In this document: one piece after another, positions 1 through 9,736 of the stretch
Numbering within the stretch: position 1 is the first letter of the stretch
Layout of the letters: the number at the start of each line of letters is the position of its first letter
NCBI GenBank assembly: GCA_965203055.1
Contig: OZ241863.1
Location: 4,000,001-4,064,000 of the forward strand
Origin: Spirochaetia bacterium
Lineage (GTDB): Bacteria; Spirochaetota; Spirochaetia; SZUA-6; Bin103
DNA: 64,000 nucleotides
Reading direction: 5' to 3'
The notes under the pieces: generated by a model
Databases searched by the model: none
What the model saw: the letters and a program-made list of their open reading frames with translations, nothing else
Told to the model about the DNA's origin: nothing
Translations under genes and position numbers: made by a program

Positions 1-423
1 CGAGACCAGCGCGCAGTAAGCCTTGTTCTCGGCGAATACCATTTGCGCGATCAGTCCTCCCATCGAGGTTCCGGTTACCTGCGGCTGCCGCGCGGAGCTG
101 CCCGGCAAGGCCATGACCGCGTCCAGCAACGCCGCGGCTTCCCGGCGGGTCCGGTCCATGGCCTGGCACACGAAGGCCCAGCCGTTGAAGCCGGCGCGGA
201 ACCAGGCGTCCGTAGCGCGCTCGCCGTGTTCGTAACAATCGGGCGCCACGATGAGAAAGCCGGCCGACGCCAGTTGCACCAGCGACCCATCGGGGTTGTC
301 GATGCTCCCCTTGCTTCCCCGCCAGCCATGATAGTGGACCACTACCGGAGCCGCGTCGAGGCGCAGGTCGCGCATTACGATACAGGGCAGGTCCGCAATC
401 TCGTAGCGCGCGATCTCAATCAT
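1..423 (-). CDS. alpha/beta hydrolase (esterase-like), 3' end runs off the window
   Basis: Not in the ORF track. Manual translation from ATG at 423 gives MIEIARYEIADLPCIV...VVVHYHGW...AGFLIVAPDCYEHGER...VTGTSMGGLIA, with an HG oxyanion motif and a GxSxG nucleophile elbow; the frame is open to base 1. Confidence 0.8.
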   Translation of the reverse strand, partial: MIEIARYEIADLPCIVMRDLRLDAAPVVVHYHGWRGSKGSIDNPDGSLVQLASAGFLIVAPDCYEHGERATDAWFRAGFNGWAFVCQAMDRTRREAAALLDAVMALPGSSARQPQVTGTSMGGLIAQMVFAENKAYCALVS

Positions 424-494
424 CGGTCATAGGTACCATAGATGGAGGGGCGGAGCGCGGCAAGCGTATTGCACGGCGCACGTTCGGCCAAGGG

Positions 495-1280
495 TCAGTC
501 GGGTGGGTCCGGGCTGACGAAGATCTCGGTGGCGTAGCTCTCCCGGAACCCTTTGCGGACCAGGTTCGCCAGCGAAATCGGCAGGAAGTCCATCGTTTCC
601 ACCAGCGCGATCCGGCACCCCTGGCGCCGCGCCTCGGTCACCCGCCGCGCGATCAACGCATTCTGGGCGCCGCGGCCGCGGTCCGCTTCGCGGGTGGCGC
701 CGAGGAACAGGTAGCCGGCTGACCCGGTGACGCAGAGCCCGCCCGCGGCCACCGGCCGGTCGCCGTCGAAGGCAAAGAAGGGGGTGCAGTCGCGGCGCCC
801 GCCGGTGGCAAGGTAGAGGCTGGCGTATTCGCCGTACAGCTCCAGCAGGAATCGCCAATGAGCGCTCAGCTCCGCCGCCGGCACGGCGCGAACCCGTAAC
901 TCGGTGCGATGCGGCGGCAGCTCGGCGGCGGGCCGCGCCAGGGTGAGGTAGCGCGCGCCGTCGAACGGGCGCAGCCCCAGTTCGCGCAGCCAGCCGCGCA
1001 GCTCGCCGGACTGGTCGCACGGGCTCAACCGGAAGAACCAACGCCCCACCCGCGCCGCGGCAAATCGCTCGACCACGGCTTCCAGGTCGCGCCGGCTGAC
1101 CCGCCTGACGACGCCGAGGAACTCCGCGCGGTTGGGATTGGTCGAGGGATAGGGCGTGACGGACCAGGGGTCGATCACCACGAATCCGCCGCCGATCTCC
1201 TGGGGCGCGGCGCCTCTGGCGCAGGTCGCAAGCATCCGCCGCGGGGCGGCAAGGCGCTGCGCGGCCTCGGCGGCGGTCAC
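495..1280 (-). CDS. GNAT family N-acetyltransferase
   Basis: C-terminal GNAT motifs: ATREADRGRGAQNALI (acetyl-CoA binding R/QxxGxA) and SLANLVRKGF. Confidence 0.8.
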   Translation of the reverse strand: MTAAEAAQRLAAPRRMLATCARGAAPQEIGGGFVVIDPWSVTPYPSTNPNRAEFLGVVRRVSRRDLEAVVERFAAARVGRWFFRLSPCDQSGELRGWLRELGLRPFDGARYLTLARPAAELPPHRTELRVRAVPAAELSAHWRFLLELYGEYASLYLATGGRRDCTPFFAFDGDRPVAAGGLCVTGSAGYLFLGATREADRGRGAQNALIARRVTEARRQGCRIALVETMDFLPISLANLVRKGFRESYATEIFVSPDPPD

Positions 1281-1286
1281 CTGCCG

Positions 1287-2003
1287 TCAGCCGCCGAGCT
1301 GCGCCGCCAGGTCGCGGAAGTCGCCCGCCACCAGGTCGAACGAAGCGCTCGTAATCCGCGCGGGCGGGGCCGCCGGACCGTGTTCCAGGGGACGCGACAC
1401 CAGCGCGGTCTTCAGGTCCAGGGCCGCGGCGGCCAGCAGATCGCCGGGATGGGCGGCCACCATCATCACCTGCTCCGGGCGCAGTCCCAGCAGCTCCACG
1501 GCGGTCAGGTAGACCCGCGGCTCCGGCTTGTAGGCGCGGGCCAGCTCCGCGCCCAGGATGCAATCCCAGGGCAGGCCGGCGTAGCGCGCCAGGTTGGTCA
1601 TCAGCGCCACGTTGCCGTTGGACAGCGCCGCTATGACGTAGCGCGCCTTGAGCCGGGCCAGTCCCGCGGGCGCGTCGGGCCACGCCTCCAGCCGATGCCA
1701 GGCCAGATTCAGGTCGGCCTTGGCGGCCTCGCCGGCGCCGGCGATTCCGAACTCCTCCAGCACTTCCTCCAGCGCCAGCCGATGCAGCGCGTCCAGGTTG
1801 GTCCACGGCAACTCCCCGCGGCGCACCTTGTCCATGAACGGGCGGTACTTGCCGCGCCAGGCGTCGGCCAACGCCGCCCAGTCCGCGGCGACGCCGGCGG
1901 CCTTGCCGAACGCCGCGGCCTCGCGGATCACCGAACTGCGCCAGTCCACCACGGTCCCGAACACGTCGAACAACAGGGCCTTGATCCCGGCGCCGGTCAT
2001 CAT
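1287..2003 (-). CDS. haloacid dehalogenase type II (HAD superfamily)
   Basis: FDVFGTVVDW, LSNGN, YKPEPRVY and MVAAHPGDL motifs; ATG at 2003. Confidence 0.92.
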   Translation of the reverse strand: MMTGAGIKALLFDVFGTVVDWRSSVIREAAAFGKAAGVAADWAALADAWRGKYRPFMDKVRRGELPWTNLDALHRLALEEVLEEFGIAGAGEAAKADLNLAWHRLEAWPDAPAGLARLKARYVIAALSNGNVALMTNLARYAGLPWDCILGAELARAYKPEPRVYLTAVELLGLRPEQVMMVAAHPGDLLAAAALDLKTALVSRPLEHGPAAPPARITSASFDLVAGDFRDLAAQLGG

Positions 2004-2068
2004 GAGAAGCAAGTATAGCCGCGCCGGCGCGGCGCTGGTAATGGTAGGGTGCGCTTAAGTGCGCCAAG

Positions 2069-3181
2069 ATGAATGAAGCGACTCGGCCGGGATCGTTCAC
2101 CGGCTGCGGCGCGCGCCTGCGGCGGGCGCTGGAGGAGCATGGCGCGGTAGCGCTGCGGAACCGAAAGTACCTCGGCTCGAAGGTGCGGCTGCTCGACTTC
2201 ATCGAGCGCGAGATCAGGCGCGCCGCCGGCCGCATCGAGTCGTTCCTCGACGGGTTCGCCGGCACCGGCGTGGTAGCCGAGCGGATGCGGGCGCATACCG
2301 GGCGCCTCACGCTGGTCGACAACCTGGCGAGCAACTATTCGATCAACCGCGCGTTCTTCGCGTCTCATGAAGCCAACGTGCGGATCGACTACCTCGCCGG
2401 CGCGCTACGCGACCTGAATCGCCTGCCGCCGGCGGACGGCTACGCCGCGGCGCACTACGCGGGCCGCTACTTCACGCCCGAAAACGCCGGGCTCATCGAC
2501 GCCGTCCGCGACCAGATCGAACTGCGGCGGCAGGCCGGCGACTGCAGCGAGCAGGAGCGCCACGTGCTGATCACCAGCCTGCTGTTTGCCGCCGACAAGG
2601 CCGCCAATACCGTCGGCCAGTACGACGCCTACCTGAAGAACCTGGGGGCCGCGAGCTACGACCGGAACGGCCGCCATCTGGTCGACTCGAACGTATACCG
2701 GCGCCTGCGCCTGCGCATGCCGGCGCTGCGCTTCATGGAGGGCGCGACCGTGCTGCGCGCGGACCTGAACGCGGTCGCCGGAGACCACGCGGCGGACGTG
2801 GTCTACCTGGATCCGCCCTACACCGAACGCCAGTACGTCGATTGCTACCACGTGCTCGAGAACATCGCCTCCTGGAAGAAACCGGCGCTCAGCGGCAAGA
2901 CGATGAAATTCGAACGCGAGTCGCTGAAGAGCGCGTATTCGCGGCGCGGCACCGCGCTGGCGGCCTTCGAGCAGCTGCTCGGGCGGATCAGAGCCCGCCT
3001 GATCGCCGTCAGCTACAGCAACGAAGGGATCATTCCGCTGGACGACCTCAGGGCGGCGCTGGCGGCGCGCGGCGCCACTACCATGACCGGCAGCGAGTAC
3101 GCGGTGTTCGGCAACGGAGCAGGCCGGTCGGTGCGCCGGCCGGTGGTCGAATACCTGGCCGTCTGCCGCGCCGACACCTGA
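2069..3181 (+). CDS. orphan N6-adenine DNA methyltransferase (D12 class, FokI/NlaIII-like)
   Basis: NRKYLGSK (motif X), FLDGFAGTGVV (motif I), ANTVGQYDAY, VYLDPPY (motif IV) and SYSNEG. Confidence 0.9.
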   Translation: MNEATRPGSFTGCGARLRRALEEHGAVALRNRKYLGSKVRLLDFIEREIRRAAGRIESFLDGFAGTGVVAERMRAHTGRLTLVDNLASNYSINRAFFASHEANVRIDYLAGALRDLNRLPPADGYAAAHYAGRYFTPENAGLIDAVRDQIELRRQAGDCSEQERHVLITSLLFAADKAANTVGQYDAYLKNLGAASYDRNGRHLVDSNVYRRLRLRMPALRFMEGATVLRADLNAVAGDHAADVVYLDPPYTERQYVDCYHVLENIASWKKPALSGKTMKFERESLKSAYSRRGTALAAFEQLLGRIRARLIAVSYSNEGIIPLDDLRAALAARGATTMTGSEYAVFGNGAGRSVRRPVVEYLAVCRADT

Positions 3182-3242
3182 AGGGCGCTCCCGCGGGCCG
3201 GCGGCGGCGCGGCGGTTGCGAACTCTATGGTACGGTCGGCGG

Positions 3243-4208
3243 GTGATCCGCATCGTCAAGCCGAAGGGATTCGGCAACATCCGGCTGCAGGATGCCCCGC
3301 TCCCCGAAATCACCGCCCGGCAGGTGCTGGTGCGCGCCGAGGCGACGCTGATCAGCCGCGGGTCGGAGCTGTTCCGGCGCTACGTCGAGGAAGAGGCGGT
3401 GCCGGCGCGCATCATGGGCTACTCATTGGCCGGCAGGGTGGAGCGGGTCGGCGCCGCGGTCACCGAGTACCGGGTCGGGCAGCGCGTATTCGTGACCGCG
3501 CCGCATGCCCAATACGCGGTCGGCGAGGTCGACTCGACCGACGGCCGGCTGGTGCCGCTGCCGGACGGAGTGAGTTGCGAGCAGGGAACGCTGCTGCGGC
3601 TGGCCATGGAGGCGGTGGCCTGGGCGGCGTCGTCGGGCGCCCGGCGCGGCGACACCATCGTGATCCTCGGCCAGGGCGTGGTGGGCAGCCTGATGCTGCA
3701 GATCCTGCGCGGCTACCAGCCGGCGCGCATCGTGGCCGTCGACCCGCTGCCGCTGCGCCGGAGGATGGCGCGCGAGCTGGGCGCGGAGCTGGTGATCGAC
3801 CCGGCGCAGGAAGAGCCGGTGGCCGCGGTGCGGCGGCTCACCGGCGGGATGGGCGCGGACCTGGTGATCGACTGCGTGGGCGGCTACGACGGCGTGCGCT
3901 CGTTCGAGCAGGCGCAGGAGATGGTGCGCCTGCGGGGCACCATTCAGCTCATCGCCGCCTATCAGCAACGCCCCCTGCCGCTGCGCACGCAGAAGATCAT
4001 GCACCGGCGCCTGGTGGCCGGCATCCTGGTGGAGGAACCGCTGTCACGGATCGCGCTGCGCGCCGCCGCCATGATCGAGCGCGGGGAGATCCGGGCGCAG
4101 CCCATGATTACCCATCGCTTTCCCTACACCAGGGCCAAGGAAGCGTTCGACTTCCTGTGGCACTCGCCGCAGGAGGCGCTCGGCGTGCTGCTGATCTGGC
4201 GCGAGTGA
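3243..4208 (+). CDS. zinc-binding alcohol dehydrogenase family (MDR) oxidoreductase
   Basis: LISRGSE, GYSLAGRV, Rossmann motif GQGVVG and GADLVIDCVG; GTG start at 3243 inferred. Confidence 0.85.
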   Translation: MIRIVKPKGFGNIRLQDAPLPEITARQVLVRAEATLISRGSELFRRYVEEEAVPARIMGYSLAGRVERVGAAVTEYRVGQRVFVTAPHAQYAVGEVDSTDGRLVPLPDGVSCEQGTLLRLAMEAVAWAASSGARRGDTIVILGQGVVGSLMLQILRGYQPARIVAVDPLPLRRRMARELGAELVIDPAQEEPVAAVRRLTGGMGADLVIDCVGGYDGVRSFEQAQEMVRLRGTIQLIAAYQQRPLPLRTQKIMHRRLVAGILVEEPLSRIALRAAAMIERGEIRAQPMITHRFPYTRAKEAFDFLWHSPQEALGVLLIWRE

Positions 4209-4283
4209 GCGCATCCCGCGCCACAGGATACAACTGAAATAGCGTACCGTTTGTGGATTTGTTCCTGGTATACTCGAAATGCT

Positions 4284-5522
4284 TTGGAAATAGCCCGCGC
4301 GCACTATCTCGCCCGGCTCCGTCAATTCCTCGACGCGCCCGTGATCACCGCGGTGGTGGGGCTGCGCCGGGTTGGCAAGAGCGTGCTGCTGCGCCAGTTT
4401 GCCGCCTCGCTCCGCGGCGAGCGGCAGGTCGTCTACGTGGACCTGGAGTCGCTCGAGTTCGATCAGGTGCGCTCGGCGCGGGACCTGACCGACCTGGTGG
4501 AAGATGCCACCCGGCCGGACCGGCCGCGGGTAGTGATCGTCGACGAGGTGCAGCAGGTTCCCGGCTGGGAGCGTGCGGCGGCGGCCCTGAACAGCCAGGA
4601 GCGCACCCAGGTGGTGATCTCAGGCTCCAATGCGCGGCTGCTCTCGGCGGAGCTCGCCACCCACATCGCCGGGCGGTACGTGACGCTGCAGGTGTTCCCG
4701 CTCACCCTGGCGGAGTTCGAGGAGTTGTACCGGCAACGCCCGGGGGCGGGCGCGGCGCCGGTGGACGCGGCGCCGACGGACGAAGCGGCGCTGCTTCGCC
4801 GGTACCTGCGCCTCGGAGGACTGCCGGGACTGCTCCACACCGACCTGAGCGATCTGGTCGTCGAGCAGATGCTCACCGACATCGTCAACACCATCTTCAT
4901 CCGCGACGTCATCCGCCGCCATCGGATCCGCGACGTTGCGCTGTTCGAGGCGATTGCGCGGTTTGCCGTGGACAGCGTCGGCAGTCTGGTGTCGGCGAAG
5001 CGCATCGCCGACTTCATGAAGAGCCAGCGGCGCTCGGCCGCGGTCGACACGGTGCTGAACTACCTCGCCCATCTCGGCGACGCCTTCCTGCTCAACGCCG
5101 TGCAACGCCAGGAGCTGCGCGGCAGGAAGCTGCTGCAGGTGAACCACAAGTACTACCTGGGCGACGTGGGGCTGCGCAACGGCATCGCCGGCTACCGGGA
5201 GAGCGACGTCGGCGGCGTGCTGGAGAACCTGGTCTATCTGGAGCTCAAGCGCCGCGGTTACCGGGTGACGGTGGGCGTGGCCGGATCGCGAGAGGTGGAC
5301 TTCGTGGCTGAGAGCGGCGCCGGGCGGTGCTACGTTCAAGTGGCCTATCTGCTGGACTCGCGCGCTACCATCGAGCGCGAACTGAGCGCCTTCGCGGCAG
5401 TGGCCGACGCCTACCCGCGCGTGCTGCTGACCCTCGACCCCTATCAACCCGCGGACTTCGCCGGGGTCAGCCACCGGTCATTGGCCGACTTCCTGCGCGG
5501 CGCCCCGCTGGTGGGCCAGTGA
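4284..5522 (+). CDS. AAA+ ATPase with DUF4143 (AAA_14/DUF4143 family)
   Basis: Walker A GLRRVGKS, Walker [32 protein letters not shown] and EVDFVA...YVQV; TTG start at 4284 inferred. Confidence 0.9.
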   Translation: MEIARAHYLARLRQFLDAPVITAVVGLRRVGKSVLLRQFAASLRGERQVVYVDLESLEFDQVRSARDLTDLVEDATRPDRPRVVIVDEVQQVPGWERAAAALNSQERTQVVISGSNARLLSAELATHIAGRYVTLQVFPLTLAEFEELYRQRPGAGAAPVDAAPTDEAALLRRYLRLGGLPGLLHTDLSDLVVEQMLTDIVNTIFIRDVIRRHRIRDVALFEAIARFAVDSVGSLVSAKRIADFMKSQRRSAAVDTVLNYLAHLGDAFLLNAVQRQELRGRKLLQVNHKYYLGDVGLRNGIAGYRESDVGGVLENLVYLELKRRGYRVTVGVAGSREVDFVAESGAGRCYVQVAYLLDSRATIERELSAFAAVADAYPRVLLTLDPYQPADFAGVSHRSLADFLRGAPLVGQ

Positions 5523-5658
5523 AGAAGCTGATCGAGGTGGCGCTGCCGCTGGACGCCATCAACGCCGCCGCCGCGCGCGAGAAGTCGATCCGCCACGGCC
5601 ACCCCACGGGCGCTGGATGCGGGAGGAGGCGGAGCGTCGCATCGGCAATCTTTACCCC
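5519..5658 (+). pseudogene. collapsed remnant of a DUF1156-family adenine DNA methylase
   Basis: GTG overlaps the upstream stop (GTGA). [29 protein letters not shown] is the characteristic DUF1156 N-terminus. It is joined out of frame to [17 protein letters not shown], which I recall as an internal segment of the same family; recognisable similarity then ends. Confidence 0.8.
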
Positions 5659-5684
5659 ACAGGTAACCTGCCGGGGGCAACTCG

Positions 5685-5934
5685 CTACTCGATCAAAACC
5701 GGTAGGGTGTACAAGGTCGCGGCACCGAGAGTGGCCGGCGGTTCACCAATTTTCTTGATGGAAAAGCGCCCCTCGCCGAAACGTTCGTGGCCAACGAGAT
5801 GAGCATCCCACCGGTCATTGTATACATTCACGAGGCTTCCCGCGTGAAGCAAGGCGAAACGACCGCTATTCGTACGTTCGAGTTCTTCTTTGTATTGCTT
5901 GGTATGCCTCGACGTTTCGCTTCAGTTCGTTCAT
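5685..5934 (-). pseudogene. small (~82 aa) DUF5678-like protein with a +1 frameshift
   Basis: ATG at 5934 reads MNELKRNVEAYQAIQ. Removing one base near 5890 continues [48 protein letters not shown] to TAG at 5685. The span of 250 nt equals 83 codons plus 1. Confidence 0.6.
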
Positions 5935-5944
5935 TGCTTCGTGC

Positions 5945-6754
5945 TTATACATGGTCCCGGACATGCAGCGCCCGCTTCTTGATCTCGCGACGGATGTAGT
6001 GCTTCTCCGGCTCATCCAGCCAGCGATTCAACCGGGACCCGCAAGTCATAAGCAACTTACCGTCCAACTGCGGTGGAATTGGAGAGTTCTGTTGGATCTC
6101 GGCCAGTTCCTCCAAATGATCTTCAACGAACTTGACCACACATTCCGCAAGCTTGTCCCGGACTTCCGCATGGACAGATTCGACATCCGAGGCCATACTG
6201 TCGCCAGCGTTGAATTCGCCCCTTTGAGCCATAAATGTCTCGACGTCCGCTTTATGCCACTCCACAGTAGTATCTGACTCCTGCTTGAGAGCCGCTGATT
6301 GGTTCTTGCTGCTCGTTGCAATCCCAACCAAATGTACGCGGACGCCAAAACTCTGGGCAATCTGTACGCCAATTCTTGTATCTTCGTCTCCAGACAGCAG
6401 GACGGCGTCCGAAACGGCGCGATTGCGGGCCAAGTCGATCAGATCCGTGACAACCAGGGAGTCCACACCTTTCTGCTTACCATGGGGAGTGACGACCCCG
6501 AGGCGCAGCTTTACATCATCAGCATCCGCGATGCGTCTATGCTCATTTGATAGCTGCCTCACTAAGGCGCCATCGTACCAATAGATGCGCAACAGCTTCG
6601 CGCCGTCGCTCAACGCGTTGGCCGCCTCTTTCAGTTTGTCGATCACAGCCGAAACGTCGAGTGATACGTTATCTCGAGGTAGTGTCTCGCCGAAACAGGC
6701 GGACGAGCCGGCCGCATACAAATATCCAGCGTCGACAAAGACAGCAACGCGCAA
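5945..6754 (-). CDS. NYN domain (LabA/DUF88, PIN-like) nuclease
   Basis: VFVDAGY, RIYWYDG, KQKGVD, LLSGDED and GVRVHLVGI; TTG start at 6754 with GAGG upstream; lower GC than flanks. Confidence 0.9.
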   Translation of the reverse strand: MRVAVFVDAGYLYAAGSSACFGETLPRDNVSLDVSAVIDKLKEAANALSDGAKLLRIYWYDGALVRQLSNEHRRIADADDVKLRLGVVTPHGKQKGVDSLVVTDLIDLARNRAVSDAVLLSGDEDTRIGVQIAQSFGVRVHLVGIATSSKNQSAALKQESDTTVEWHKADVETFMAQRGEFNAGDSMASDVESVHAEVRDKLAECVVKFVEDHLEELAEIQQNSPIPPQLDGKLLMTCGSRLNRWLDEPEKHYIRREIKKRALHVRDHV

Positions 6755-6775
6755 AGTATACCTCGTTAACGTAAG

Positions 6776-6798
6776 GAGGGTCCCCGCAGGGGACCCTC
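6776..6798. promoter_or_regulatory. perfect 10-bp hairpin in the 5' leader of the NYN gene
   Basis: GAGGGTCCCC-GCA-GGGGACCCTC, about 22 nt upstream of the TTG start. Confidence 0.5.
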
Positions 6799-6918
6799 TA
6801 TTGGGCCCACGCTCCAACCTAGGTATATTGCCGGGAGACGCTGGACTCTCATCAATATGCCCCACGACCGAACGGTAGTCAAGGGCTGGGCTGAGAACCT
6901 GACCTGACCATCTGCAGG

Positions 6919-7761
6919 TCAACTGCCGGTGGAGCTGTAGTGGCGGACGCCGACGTGCCAGAGCAGCAGGGCGGCGGCCAGGAACAGGGGCGCGGCCGCG
7001 GGGGCGGCCCAGCCGAACCAGTGCGGCGTGCCGAGCGGGTCGGGGCGGCCGAGGAGCGCTGCTACCGGGAAGTAGGTGACGGTGCCGACCGGCACCACGT
7101 AGAACAGGAAGCGGCGCAGGAAGCCGCGGTAGACGGTAGCGGGGTAGCTGCCGGCATCGACCGCGCCGTTGGTGACGATGGCGAACACCTCCAGCGACTG
7201 GATGGTCCAGAAGGTGATCGCCGCGGTGGCGACGAACACGCCCAGGAACAGCACGGTGACCGCGGCTGCGGTTTCCACCAGCAGCAGCGCCCGCGCCGGC
7301 GTCCACGGGATCGCCGCCGCGGCCAGGCCCCAGGTCAGGATCGCCGCCGCCTGCAGCCAGCGTCCCAGGCGCGCGAAGGCGAACTCGGCGCCCGCCACCT
7401 GCAGCACGGTGTTGCGCGGGCGCAGCAGCAGGCGGTCGAACTGGCCGCCGCGCACTTGGCGATGGAACATGTCGAAGCCGCGGCCGACCATCTCCGCGGT
7501 CGAGAAGCCGAGCATGACCAGCCCGTAGAGGATGGCGACCTCCGGCAACTCCCAGCCGCGTACGTTGCCGAACCGGCGCAGCAGCGCCCACACGCCCACG
7601 AACTCCACCGCGGTGATCAGCAGGGTTCCGGTCACCTGCAGGGCGAACGCCGCCGGGTACTGCAACTGCGCGCGGACCTGGGCGGCGACGTAGCGCCGGT
7701 AGAGCCGGCCGGCATCGCCCAGCGCCGCCCAGCCGGCAGGCAGCCGAGCGCTACCCGCCAA
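6919..7761 (-). CDS. ABC-2 family transporter permease
   Basis: Multi-TM protein with GQFDRLLLRP and a C-terminal YSSTGS typical of this family. Confidence 0.88.
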   Translation of the reverse strand: MAGSARLPAGWAALGDAGRLYRRYVAAQVRAQLQYPAAFALQVTGTLLITAVEFVGVWALLRRFGNVRGWELPEVAILYGLVMLGFSTAEMVGRGFDMFHRQVRGGQFDRLLLRPRNTVLQVAGAEFAFARLGRWLQAAAILTWGLAAAAIPWTPARALLLVETAAAVTVLFLGVFVATAAITFWTIQSLEVFAIVTNGAVDAGSYPATVYRGFLRRFLFYVVPVGTVTYFPVAALLGRPDPLGTPHWFGWAAPAAAPLFLAAALLLWHVGVRHYSSTGS

Positions 7762-8587
7762 GGATCACCACCCGGCGCAGGCCGCGCGCCAACAGCCAGC
7801 GCCCGAGCAGCACCAGCGCCGCCAGCCAGCCCAGTTGCAGGCCCAACCGCAGCAGCGCCGCGGCGCCCGCCAGGTGCCCGGTGTAGATGCGAAACGGAAT
7901 GTCCATCAGGCCGGCGAAGGGGAGGTAGCCGAGCACCGCGGCCAGGCCGTCCGGCAGCAGCGGCAGCGGCACCACCAGACCGCCGCCGAACCAGACGATG
8001 GCCGGCAGCACGTAGCGCGCGCCCTCCGAGGAGACGGTCCAGAACATCAGGCTCACCAGCAGCGCGGTGACCGCGACGCCCAGCAGCAGCGCCAGCGCGG
8101 TGGCGAACAGGTAGAGCAGCGCCGCCGGCGCGCCCGCCGGCGCGCCAAGCGCCCACTCCGGCAACCCCACCAGAGGCAGCACCACCACGGCCACCACCAG
8201 CATCAGCACACAGCGCGGCGCGGTCAGCGCCAGCCGCCACGCCACCATGCGCCAGAACCAGTAGGAATACAGATCGATGGGCCGCAGCAGCTCCCCGGCC
8301 ACCGCGCCGGTGCGCACGCTGTCGGCCAGCTCCTGGTCGAGGCGAAATGGAAACAGCCCCAGCAGCGCCTGCCCCAGCCAGACGTAGGGCACCACGTGGG
8401 CGAAGTCGAAGTGGGCGGCGCCGGCGGGTCCGGACTGGTAGAACGCGGCCAGCACCATCAGCCGCAGCAGTCCCCAGTAGAGCTGGGTGCCGAAGCCGGC
8501 GACCGCCGCCGCCCGGTACTGCAGCGTCTCGCGCCAGCGCGCCCGCAGCACCCCCCGGTAGGGGGCCAGGCGACGGGTCATCGTCAC
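7751..8587 (-). CDS. ABC-2 family transporter permease
   Basis: QYRAAA, RTGAVAGELLRPID, VPLPLLP, LPF and a C-terminal ILGG. Confidence 0.88.
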   Translation of the reverse strand: MTMTRRLAPYRGVLRARWRETLQYRAAAVAGFGTQLYWGLLRLMVLAAFYQSGPAGAAHFDFAHVVPYVWLGQALLGLFPFRLDQELADSVRTGAVAGELLRPIDLYSYWFWRMVAWRLALTAPRCVLMLVVAVVVLPLVGLPEWALGAPAGAPAALLYLFATALALLLGVAVTALLVSLMFWTVSSEGARYVLPAIVWFGGGLVVPLPLLPDGLAAVLGYLPFAGLMDIPFRIYTGHLAGAAALLRLGLQLGWLAALVLLGRWLLARGLRRVVILGG

Positions 8588-9615
8588 CGCTCCTCCAGCT
8601 CCAGGTCGCGGTACAGCCGCGCCACCAGCTCGTCGATCGGCTGCGGTTCGAGGTACAGGTCGCGCACCTCGTTGGCGCGCGCCACCTGCTCGATGAGGCG
8701 CGGCGCAGCGATGCGCGCGGGGTCGTAGCGCAGCACCACCCGCCGCCCGGCGGCGGACACCACCGTGGCCGAGGCGGCGCTGAAGTCACGCACTTCGTGC
8801 TCCAGATCCACCGTGAGGATGCGCTCGCGGTCGACGCCGGCGCGCAGCTCGGCCACCGACCCGTCGAACAGGATCGAGCCGGCGCCGATCACCAGCACCC
8901 GCGGACAGAGCGCCTCCACGTCGTCCAGATCGTGGGTCGTGAGGATGGTGGTGACGCCCTGCCGGTGGAGCCGGCGGATGATGTCGCGCACCGCCAGCTT
9001 GGCCACCGCGTCCAAGCCTATGGTAGGCTCGTCCAGGAACAGCAGCCGCGGGCGGTGCAGCAGCGCTGCCGCCAGCTCGCACCGCATCCGCTGCCCCAGG
9101 CTGAGCTGGCGCACCGGCACCGCCAGCAACGGGGCGATGGCCAGCAGATCCACCAGCTCATCGCGGGTTGCGCGGTAGGCGGCGGGCTCCAACCGATAGA
9201 TGTCGCGCAGCAGATCGAACGATTCCACCACCGGCAGGTCCCACCAGAGCTGGCTGCGCTGGCCGAACACCACGCCGATCGTCGCCACGTGGGCGGCGCG
9301 TTCGCGCCACGGCACGCGCCCGGCCACCTCGCAGCGACCGGCGTCGGGCACCAGAATGCCGGACAGGATCTTCACGGTCGTGCTCTTGCCGGCGCCGTTG
9401 GGGCCGATGTAGCCCACCAGCTCCCCCGCGGCAATGCGGAACGACACGCCGTCCAGCGCCGTCACCAGCTTGCGCCGCGCCAGCCACCCGCCACGCCCGC
9501 GGCCGGCGCCGGCGGACACCCGAAAGCGCTTGCTGAGACCGGCCACGTCGATCAGCGGAGGGCCGCCCTCGACCGGCGCGCGGCCCTCTGCCTCGGACGG
9601 AGTACTCATGCGCAA
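8584..9615 (-). CDS. ABC transporter ATP-binding protein
   Basis: GPNGAGKST, LSLGQRMR, FLDEPTIGLD and TTHD; start at 9615 or 9609. Confidence 0.93.
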   Translation of the reverse strand: MRMSTPSEAEGRAPVEGGPPLIDVAGLSKRFRVSAGAGRGRGGWLARRKLVTALDGVSFRIAAGELVGYIGPNGAGKSTTVKILSGILVPDAGRCEVAGRVPWRERAAHVATIGVVFGQRSQLWWDLPVVESFDLLRDIYRLEPAAYRATRDELVDLLAIAPLLAVPVRQLSLGQRMRCELAAALLHRPRLLFLDEPTIGLDAVAKLAVRDIIRRLHRQGVTTILTTHDLDDVEALCPRVLVIGAGSILFDGSVAELRAGVDRERILTVDLEHEVRDFSAASATVVSAAGRRVVLRYDPARIAAPRLIEQVARANEVRDLYLEPQPIDELVARLYRDLELEER

Positions 9616-9672
9616 GCGCCCAATCTACGGCAACCGGCGCGCCGGCGTCAATCCCGGGTTAGCATAAACATG

Positions 9673-9702
9673 TTGTAATACTACGACCCGATATGCTATA
9701 TT
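9673..9702 (+). promoter_or_regulatory. putative sigma70 promoter of the TA operon
   Basis: TTGTAA-18 nt-TATATT with an upstream TG, in an AT-rich gap. TAGCATA/TATGCTA inverted arms overlap it (possible operator). A GAGGAGG RBS follows. Confidence 0.45.
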
Positions 9703-9736
9703 TCTATTTATCATCACCGATGAGAGGAGGACGCTC

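Noticed and set aside
6900..6920. GACCTG...CAGGTC short inverted repeat at the NYN insert boundary
   Set aside because: Only 6-7 bp arms with no convincing matching end or target duplication on the other side.
5945..7591. 548-aa NYN ORF with a long N-terminus
   Set aside because: The extension is an alternate frame of the ABC permease; the NYN domain starts at TTG 6754 with an RBS.
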